From: Paramoeba atlantica
Taxonomy: Eukaryota; Protista; Discosea
Reading direction: 5' to 3'
Assembly: GCA_977017575.1 (NCBI GenBank)
Contig: CDRNVI010000054.1
Span: 248,001 to 312,000, forward strand
Length of the DNA stretch: 64,000 nt
Part shown: in pieces, positions 45,901 through 54,700 of the stretch
How the letters are laid out: each line of letters starts with the position of its first letter
Numbering within the stretch: position 1 is the stretch's first letter
Position numbers and translations under genes: made by a program
Notes under the pieces: model-generated
What the model was told of the DNA's origin: nothing
The model's database searches: none
What the model saw: only the letters and a program-made list of their open reading frames with translations

Positions 45901-46876
45901 ACCGAGATGGGGTAATGTTCGAATTCCTCAAAAAAAATCGAAACAAAAAATTCGTGCAGCAGTGCCCGTTGGATGAATGATTCATCGAACGCACTGCCCG
46001 TTCGAAATGCTGTTGAAAATATTGTTACTGACTGTATACCTGTGCAAGTTGTTGTTTCCTATGTATTTTAGGTAATCAGAAAAACCATTCCCTCCAACAA
46101 GACCTACTCTCCGCGACCCGAGCACCCAGACTGCACAGATTCTTCACCCAAATTGCACAAAAAGTCGACCTCTAAAATTATAGGTACATAAAGCTTTAAA
46201 GGTAGTATAGGTACTTCATAGTACCTTTATTTTTTTTTTACCTATATATAAACTATATAAAGTTATTCCGACCCCTGCTTGTTAGCTGCGTCGCGTAAAC
46301 CTCGTCAGATTGAACCAAGTTTGCATATTTTCAAAATAATTTTTTAATAAATGCAGTCGAAATGTATCCTAAAAAAATAGATATTAAAGGTCTAGTTTTA
46401 AAAAGGAGAATGCAGCTCTGAATGATCATGTCAGCGTGTCACTCCATTTAAGTTTGGCAGTTTATACATGAAGACTTCATGGACTTCACGGATGTCTATG
46501 AAGACCTACATACTTCAGAATTCTTTACTGTCTCTTACGTATTACGTACATGCGACGTGCTTCCACTTTATTTGATCTTGTTTGATCTCACCGATGGTAA
46601 TAACGCGGACCAAAAAACTAAAATGCAAAATTATTAATAATTATTAATATTACAGTAGTGTAGGCTGGAGTAGTGCTTACTATTATTAGTAATTGACTCT
46701 TTCTTTTTAATAAAAATTATTAATAATAATTATTAAAAAAATTAATAATACATCTATACATGTATGATCTACTATAGCATTGCGACCTTAGAACGAACCA
46801 GATCACACTTTAGCACAAAGTGCATTTTAACTGTGGTCCCCTATAGCTTTATCCTCTCTTCACTTCATGTCACTGT

Positions 46877-49102
46877 ATGGTCGTGTTTGTTCCGCCTGAG
46901 GCATATTTAACGGCATACGATCGTATCCGGCAAGCGTACCGAAGTTCCTCCACTCCAGTTCACATATTTTGCTTACTTTCCGTTGACACTGCGGCTACGT
47001 GGTGTCTGTTACAAAAATGCTTTGAGGCCGATAGCATTGCTTTTGAACTTCACGTAGTCTACACCCGTGATGACGTGCATGCGGTGATTTCGTCCCACTC
47101 TGATTTTCAAGTCGACGAGGGTGAGAAGAATTCATCTAGAGCGGACGAACCTGAGGAAGAATCCGTCCAGCTCATATTGTTGAATTGTGGCGCAACATTG
47201 GATCTTACGGCGCTTCTGCCTGCTTTACACAGATTTCATGTCCATGTTATGGATAGCGTTGGCTCAGTGGCCCTTTCCACGTTATTACACCCCTCAGCTC
47301 GTCTCTACCTGTGGGACGGAGGAAACTTGCAGCAGGAGCTTGAGCTTTACTTCCGTGATGCGTGGCGCACACAAAAAAGGGAATCGAAACGACAGAGGTA
47401 TGAACGAAAATCTCAGCGCTCCACACGGACTTCAGATGCTACACAAGAAGGGGAGAGCACCCAGAGAAAGCACGCAAAAAGTGATCCCTCCCTTGATTTC
47501 TCCGACGACTCCACTTCCTCCTCAAGCGAGGACGAAACCGACTCGGACAGCGAACCGCAACCGGGGGCGCCCCCCCAAAAACCCCGCCCCTTTTCCTGGA
47601 GCACCCTCCAGGACCTCTCCGCCCCCCGCCGCGCGGCCTACCTCCGCAGTGCCCTCCCCAACACCTCCCCCTCCCTGTTCTGGTTCGAAATCTCCCGCCA
47701 GCTCCGTCCCACCATGGAGGAGGACACCCTCTGGTTTCGTGCCCTCGCCCTCACCGCCTACCACCACCCCGCCCTCGGTCTCCCCTCCCCCTCCCCCTAC
47801 ACCACCGAGATGCTCCGTATCCAGGACGCCGTGAACGTTTTTAAACTCTCCAAATCCGATGCCCGGGCGCTGGCGCCCCCCCCCGTCGTGCCCCCCCCGG
47901 GGGAGGCCGAGCCCCCCCGGGGTCTCCGTGCGCCCGACCCCGGGCCCGGCACCGAGGGCCTCCGCGTGGTGGCCTACCACCGCACGCGCCTGGTGAACGC
48001 CGTGGAGACCCCGCTGCTGTTCCTCCCGCACTGGTCGCTCTGGGAGGCCCTCGCGGTCTCCCCGTTCAGCGCCCACCGCCTGGGGCTGCTCCACGGGGAG
48101 AGCCTCGCGCGGGAGCGGGTCCAGCACCTGCTGGTCTCGCGCGGGGTGACCGTGCGGGAGGCCAAGGGCCCGTGGGGGGAGCTCCCCGCGGGGCGGCGGC
48201 AGGAGGTGGTCGCGGGGCTCAGTGGCACGGGGTACCCCGGGACGACGCTCGGGCGGGGGCTGGTGTTCCCCTCGGTGCGGAAACACACCGGGTACAGTAC
48301 GGGGTACGGGGCCGGGGATGTGGCCCGGGCGGCGCTGGGGGTGGTGGCGAATGCGGGGGAGGGCGATAACCAAGTTACTGGGGAGGAGGGGGCGGGGAGG
48401 GGTAACCCACAAGGGGGGAGTGCCGCTCGCCGGGTGGCGTTTTTTCAGGCGGTGGAGTTGATGAAGGCGGAGAGGGCGACGGTGACACGTACCCACGTCG
48501 CGCAGTGTGCGGCGTTTTATAAAGATTTGGCGCAAACCGCGACCCGGTTGCTGCAGCGGGGGGAGATGAAGTCTACGAAGACGTTCTCGTATGTGTTGTT
48601 ACAGGAGGAGGATCTCCCGGTACATTATCTGAATCCTTCCACGCTGCGGTGTCTGGGACAATATCTCACTAACGAGTTGGTCTCACGAAACCGAAAACAA
48701 TCCCGCGCACGCCGTTCAGGGCGTGAGGCCCCACAAAAGCGACAGCGGGAGAAGGAAAAACTATTGGAGAACAGCCCAGCGCGAGACTGTCTGGTCCTTG
48801 GCGCGTTAAACAGCGCCACGGCGCAGTATCTCTTTGTTGCCGTCGAACCCCACGTTGTGGATGAGCATTTCTCGGACCCGAGGAGCTCGATTTCACGAGA
48901 TCCCGAGTTGGCCTCCTTCCGAACGCAACAAGGGTCTGTTCTTAGCCAGGAGTTTGAAAAGCTTGCACAGACATTTCCCAACGTAGTTTGTTATCGAGGG
49001 TTGGAAAAGGACTGGATTTTGGTGCATCGAGATCATGGGTTGCACGTGTTGGAGGCAATTCACGTCGAAATGCTTAAGATGATCACCGCCAATAGGAAGT
49101 GA
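46877..49102 (+). CDS. CDC45: DNA replication factor CDC45
   Basis: VHIFCLLSVDTAATW.LL...EADSIAFEL.VV, LILLNCGATLDL, acidic insert, LPHWSLWEAL match the CDC45 family pattern. Confidence 0.85.
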   Translation: MVVFVPPEAYLTAYDRIRQAYRSSSTPVHIFCLLSVDTAATWCLLQKCFEADSIAFELHVVYTRDDVHAVISSHSDFQVDEGEKNSSRADEPEEESVQLILLNCGATLDLTALLPALHRFHVHVMDSVGSVALSTLLHPSARLYLWDGGNLQQELELYFRDAWRTQKRESKRQRYERKSQRSTRTSDATQEGESTQRKHAKSDPSLDFSDDSTSSSSEDETDSDSEPQPGAPPQKPRPFSWSTLQDLSAPRRAAYLRSALPNTSPSLFWFEISRQLRPTMEEDTLWFRALALTAYHHPALGLPSPSPYTTEMLRIQDAVNVFKLSKSDARALAPPPVVPPPGEAEPPRGLRAPDPGPGTEGLRVVAYHRTRLVNAVETPLLFLPHWSLWEALAVSPFSAHRLGLLHGESLARERVQHLLVSRGVTVREAKGPWGELPAGRRQEVVAGLSGTGYPGTTLGRGLVFPSVRKHTGYSTGYGAGDVARAALGVVANAGEGDNQVTGEEGAGRGNPQGGSAARRVAFFQAVELMKAERATVTRTHVAQCAAFYKDLAQTATRLLQRGEMKSTKTFSYVLLQEEDLPVHYLNPSTLRCLGQYLTNELVSRNRKQSRARRSGREAPQKRQREKEKLLENSPARDCLVLGALNSATAQYLFVAVEPHVVDEHFSDPRSSISRDPELASFRTQQGSVLSQEFEKLAQTFPNVVCYRGLEKDWILVHRDHGLHVLEAIHVEMLKMITANRK

Positions 49103-49496
49103 GAAAGATAACGCACGAAAAGTGTAGAAAACAGGGAATACGTTTTATCGCAATCTGCTCTCCCTTTTTCGAAATCTTTTTTGTCCTTTACGAATGGGTT
49201 CCCCTACCAAATGTAGGATACAGTGAGTGAAGCAAGTACCGAACTGGAATCCCGTACTCATTTTTTATTTGTCCTCACATGTACCTGCACCGCGTATTTA
49301 CCTGTATGAATTGTATAGTGCATTAAAAACGTTTGGGTGATTATGGGCTCTTGTGCTCGATGTTCATGTTTCACTCGTGACTACGGTTTAGTTCTGCTGA
49401 ATTCTATAAGGACCGTTACATTTTGTAGTTTTATCCTACTATTCATGAAATAGTGCGAATAAACTTTCGCAAGTTTAAAGAGGGTAAGCATACCCT

Positions 49497-51401
49497 ATGA
49501 GGAGATCCTTCACCGCTCTTCAAAAGGGGTTGCGATCTCTGGTAAAAAGTCCCAACGGTACGCCGTTTAGAGATCCAGGGGCATATTTTTACGAACTTGC
49601 GATCCGCAGTTCCACGATTCGAACTCGACTAAAAGAAGAACTACATGAACCTGCGATTGAGACGTGTTTACGTCAAGTCCGTGATTTTGCTTCGATATAC
49701 CAATGGAAGGCAGATGAAATCGAGTGCTTAAAAAGCAAAACCGACATTGAGAAAATCGAGTTATTCTGTGCCACATTTGTGAAATGGTACTTTGCGATGC
49801 GAGCGCCTTCTGTTGTCCACATGAATGAACCGTGGGGATGGTACCCGAAAGCTCGCGCAATGCGTCGAAAAGTGATCTTCCACGCAGGACCGACTAACTC
49901 GGGTAAAACACACGCTGCACTGGAGAGACTTACGAAAGCAAAGTCCGGAGTGTACTGCGCCCCGCTGAAAGCGCTGGCTGCACAAGTATGGCGTCGAATC
50001 AACGACGTCACACCGTGTGATTTGCTTATCGGGGATGAGAGAGTTTTTCCCGGATTTGCTGAACATGTCTCATGCACGATGGAGATGACGCCTATCGATG
50101 AGATGGTGGAGGTTGGTGTGATTGATGAGATTCAACTGATCGAGGATAAGGATAGAGGATGGGCCTGGACCCGGGCGCTTCTGGGCCTTCCCGCACGGGA
50201 GATACATTTATGTGGCGAGTTTCGTGCGCTCAATGTTGTGGAACATTTACTCTACGCGACCCGGGATTGGGATAATCTCGAAATTGTGCAACACAATCGT
50301 CTGGTTCCTTTACGCTTGGAACATGATCCCGTGAGTCCGAATCTTAAAGATCTCTCTCGTGGGGACTGTATTGTCGTGTTTTCGCGTAATGGGGTATTTC
50401 AAATGAGGCAACGTATTGAGGCCGCACATCCTGAGGCTGTGGTGAACATTATTTATGGTGGGCTTCCCTTCGATGTTCGTCAAGCGCAGTGTGACGCATA
50501 CAACGCCGGAGTGGAAAATGGGAAGTTTCACGTTCTTGTCAGCACGGATGCTATAGCCTACGGTCTAAACATGAACATTCGACGAATCATATTTTCCACT
50601 ACACAAAAATACAACGGGCGCACCATGGCCCCACTCAGCACAAGTCAAGTGCTACAGATTGGGGGAAGAGCGGGACGCTTCGGACTAAGTTTTGCGGATG
50701 CGGGATATGTCACTTCCTTTCATTCAAGAGACAACGAAGTCATTCGTGCCGCATTCGCTAGCCGCTTGTCCCCGGTAACCACCGCTGGGCTGTTGCCCAC
50801 GGTCGATATTTTACACATTTACGCCACGCTTCGTAAAGAACTCACTCGATTTTCCGAGTTGCTTCAGGCGTTTGTGCGGGAATCCACGACAGTGAAATAC
50901 TTTCACGTGTGTGATATCTCACGCTCACTTCTTCCCATGTCACGCATACTCGATGACGTGCCTTTGCCGTTGGCCGATAAAATTCTGTTTTGTTTTGTCC
51001 CCCTGAGTGATAATTCTCGGGAGTCCTATCAGTTGGTGCACGCGTGGGCACAGGCCCATTGTACTCCTCCACACAAAGTAGAGCTAGGCGACGCTCTGAG
51101 TGCCGCCATTGATTCAGACCTTAAGCGTCTGGAGTGGCGCTATCGTCTACTTGAGGCATACTGTTGGTTGGCTTGGCGTTTTCCCAAAACATTTTCAGAT
51201 CTGGAAAAGGGAAAGGAGCTCAAAAAACTACTTGTGGAGGGGATGAAGCGATGTGTCGGCGCACAAAGGGAAAGTGGTATCCCGGCTCCTCATTGTCAGC
51301 AGAGTGTACGTCAAGAGGAGGGAAGCGAGCTCCGAGAGTTCGCGTCTCGCGAGATATCGGAACGTGTAGCTAAACCGGGACGAAGTCCTCCCAGGCTGTG
51401 A
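49497..51401 (+). CDS. SUV3: SUV3 mitochondrial RNA helicase
   Basis: HAGPTNSGKT, YCAPLKALA, IDEIQ, RGWAWTRALLG, GDCIVVFSR, STDAIAYGLN, QIGGRAGRFG. Confidence 0.95.
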   Translation: MRRSFTALQKGLRSLVKSPNGTPFRDPGAYFYELAIRSSTIRTRLKEELHEPAIETCLRQVRDFASIYQWKADEIECLKSKTDIEKIELFCATFVKWYFAMRAPSVVHMNEPWGWYPKARAMRRKVIFHAGPTNSGKTHAALERLTKAKSGVYCAPLKALAAQVWRRINDVTPCDLLIGDERVFPGFAEHVSCTMEMTPIDEMVEVGVIDEIQLIEDKDRGWAWTRALLGLPAREIHLCGEFRALNVVEHLLYATRDWDNLEIVQHNRLVPLRLEHDPVSPNLKDLSRGDCIVVFSRNGVFQMRQRIEAAHPEAVVNIIYGGLPFDVRQAQCDAYNAGVENGKFHVLVSTDAIAYGLNMNIRRIIFSTTQKYNGRTMAPLSTSQVLQIGGRAGRFGLSFADAGYVTSFHSRDNEVIRAAFASRLSPVTTAGLLPTVDILHIYATLRKELTRFSELLQAFVRESTTVKYFHVCDISRSLLPMSRILDDVPLPLADKILFCFVPLSDNSRESYQLVHAWAQAHCTPPHKVELGDALSAAIDSDLKRLEWRYRLLEAYCWLAWRFPKTFSDLEKGKELKKLLVEGMKRCVGAQRESGIPAPHCQQSVRQEEGSELREFASREISERVAKPGRSPPRL

Positions 51402-51776
51402 CACCATGTTACGACGTCTTACAGCAAGCTACTGACTCAATATCGGTAACGGTTAGTATGTTCTAGTGTCATGTTTGTGTTTTCTCTTGCGCCTCGCATT
51501 GGTTGATTCGGCGCACTACTATACCAGCTCGTCGCGTTCCATGTAATGCTTGTAGGCTGTAAGCTTTCAAGGTCAATGATACTAGTGTTCCGATCTACAT
51601 GACCGTTCCACTCTTTTGCTCCAATGTGGTGCTTGAAATCTTCGAGCTCTCGCATCACCGACTCGCAATTTGAGTACCTGCGCATGTACACAGGTAAAGT
51701 TCTCTCACCTACCGATTTCATCGATCACTGATCACTGTTGACATAAGAAATAATAGTATTTTGTTTACTACAATTT

Positions 51777-54700
51777 GTGATTCCCAATAGTACAACCTCA
51801 TCTGTGAAAGGCCAATTTGCTATTTTTTGGCAGATTAATTACGAATTACTCATGCAAGATTTCGAAAATACTGAGGAGCACCAAGCTAAAGTCCCTCATG
51901 TTGAACTTGAAGGTTCCGAAGTACAAGAACAAACCGTTGGCCAAATAGACGCTCAATCTAACGATTTAACCGCGGAACAATTAGCCGAATCGAACGGCAC
52001 ATCAACGATCGATGCGAGTGGAAACAGCATGACTGCGGTGAATAATTCTGGACAAAGTCCTCCCGACACAATGATTATCGGCAACGAACCGGCGACAAGG
52101 TTGGAAGCACACGTACCCACCGATCATGATCTGATATCCACCACTCTTGCGCTTCTCGACAAAGAAGAATACGAAGCCGAAGTACCTCTTCCTACTGATC
52201 TCCCCCGCGACGAGAGTACATTACAAGACCCAGAGCCACCTTCACTTGACTGGATTGATCAAATCATTGATCCCGATCTGCAGTATGACACGTTGAAGTC
52301 CGGATTTCTCCATTTTGTCTTTTACCGTCCCCCTACCCAGGCCCCCAGCTCAAGTGAGGCGGAAAGCGCAGCCGAGCCCTCCGGCCGCACGCGCAAAATT
52401 CGACGAGATCAACGACTGGTCCGTGCGGAGGCTGCACGGGAGCTAGAGGATCTCATGGCCCCTACGGGAGGCCGAGTCTCCGGCGACCATGAGGATATGT
52501 TTATTGATGACTTGGGTCTAACTGACATGCATGGGGCAGATCGAGGTGCCACGCTCGCCTCTCCGGGTGAACAGCTCGTGCGCTCCTTCTTCCAACCTTT
52601 GCTTTTACCCCACGATCCGGAGTTGAGCAAAGGAAAGGTCGCAACCCGTGCACAGCTCCAGTCTGAGCTCGAGATCCAACGACGTGGAGAGGAGGCACTA
52701 TTGGTACCCATCCCGGAGCGTATTCAGATTCTACTCCCGGATCTCATCCCTGACGTGCAGCATGGGGATGACGGCGCCGATATGTTTGCCTCGGCACTAC
52801 AAAACCGAGAAATTCCCTGGATCGTAGCCCAACTCTCGGAACTCACCTTTCTTCGTCACCACCGAGATGTGTCCCTATTTGATGAAGAGGCCCCAGAAGG
52901 TTCTTCCCTTTCCGAAGCTCTCACCTTTGTGCTCCACCACGTTCGTGTTGAACACCTCGAACCTGCGTTTCTGATGTTATACCGACAGCAAGCCCTCAGC
53001 CCTCTCGTACGTCTTGCCCATGGCTACCCTCTAAAATCCGACACCCGGCTGATCGCCTTCCAAGGTCTCGAACAGCGCTGGACGCATCCCGACTACGCGG
53101 TCTGCTCGCACTGTGGCACACGACAGCCTCCAGGGGTTGTGGCGGAAACAAAAAACAGAAATCACATAAATTCCCCCGATACTCCGACGTCGTATTTCGT
53201 GAGCTACGCCACAAACTGCGTCCAATGCAGAGAGGACACGGTGGAACGTCGTCCGTGCTCCGTGCAGCTCGGGCGGGTGCTGTGGGATATTGTGGAATTA
53301 AGCGCACAGTTTCACCGCGCGACACGACGGATGAACCGACTGCTACAGACCCACGCGGAGGACTTCCCCCTCCAGGAGACCGGGGTGTATCTCGCGAGCT
53401 CGTTGTGTCACCCCTATGAGATCGAGTTTTTAGACTCCTATGCGCAGTTCCGGGAGGAGTATCTGCGAGCGATGTCAAGTTCTGCAGCAAGTGCCCCGGT
53501 CGAGTGGGTTACGATGAAGAAATTCCCGGAGATGCAACACATCACGGAAGGGAAGCTCTGGGAGGCGTACCATGAGTGGGCGGTGGAGGGGTTCGCGTAC
53601 GCGCGAAACCTGGTGGTGCACACGAATATGCACAAGTGTCCCCGACATAATATACTGCCCCTGGAGTGGGCCTCCCAGTTTACATGTGCGATGCTTCCGG
53701 AGCCTCAGGATGTGCTGTCGGCGCTTCAGCGGTATTCTGTCACGGATGTTGCGGTACAACCGATCTTGTTGTCTCTAGTGGCGCGTCAGCTATGTGAAGG
53801 GGGCATCGTCGAGGTGAAAGGATCAAAAGGGGTGGCACGGAAACTCTTCTCTCGTCTGTGCAAAGAACCGGAAGGACTGCTCTCCCTGTTGCACGATCCA
53901 AGCATCCACTTTCGATTTACCCTTTCCGAGAACACGTGGAACGACCTGTTGCGTCTGGACTCGTTTTTTGTAGCCCCCTACGACGATGAGATTTCTCGTG
54001 CGTGGAATGAATTACGCACGGCCATTCAACCCGCACTGATCCGCGAGATTCAACGTCACCTCAACACAACCATGCGTTCCCATCTGTTGGAGATTGCACA
54101 GTGGCACGTCATGGATAGCGTGCTCAGCCGTATGGAAGCCATTCTCTGGGAAAGGGGTTACCACAAAGTGACTTTACCACCGACGGAAAAAGTAGAGGCG
54201 CCTCATCTCGAGGATACCTGGGAATACAACTGGGAATCCATGGAGTCCCTTCCCAGCAGTGAGTTTAGCGAGGCATTCGACAACCCCTCAGATTACTCCC
54301 CTCGTATTCTCGGTGTCTACGTCCCCACAGCACACGACCCTGTTATTTTCGCGCAACTCAGTGAGTCTGGCCTGTTGATTCGTACGTGGCGCTGGCCCTC
54401 CTTGCGTGGGGACAATCCGTACTCCATCCGTGTCAAGGAGCAGCAGCTGGAGGAGCTTAGCCGCTACATGGAGGAGTATCCCCCCCATGCAATCGCTGTA
54501 GGACTCACGCCCGGGGCGCACAACTCGTCCAGAACCACGCAAAGTGTCTTTGCCACGCTGCAGGAGTTCTTCCAATCCCAGTCAACCGAGGTAATATGGA
54601 CCCCTACTGACCTGGCAACGTGTTATACCAACTCCATCGCCGCGGACAAGGAATTCCCCTCACTGAGCCGCCAGGAGCGTATGGCCATTGCTCTGGCCCG

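Larger units (their letters stand above)
42620..46010 (-). mobile_element. Merlin/IS1595-like transposon 2, frameshifted and interrupted by a pogo element (ends approximate)
   Basis: Pieces 45200-45430 (N-terminus), 44719-45200 (VQVDETF, RKRGWWFATVTE), 44645-44760 (VNHSKEFV...HTN) and 43076-43304 (ELQRNVALQC) are collinear with Merlin 1; termini carry TTCGATGAA/TTCATCGAA arrays. Confidence 0.85.
41490..46277. mobile_element. hAT-like element (4788 bp including nested insertions); no hAT transposase seen
   Basis: 17-bp TIRs CAGGGGTC(C/G)GAATAACT and a perfect 8-bp TSD CTTGTTAG (41482-41489 and 46278-46285). Confidence 0.85.

Noticed and set aside
31649-49102. Apparent functional cluster of replication/repair genes (Tipin, FAN1, CDC45)
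   Set aside because: Interspersed with unrelated genes and TEs; polycistronic units of this type are generally not functionally clustered, and three genes is weak evidence.
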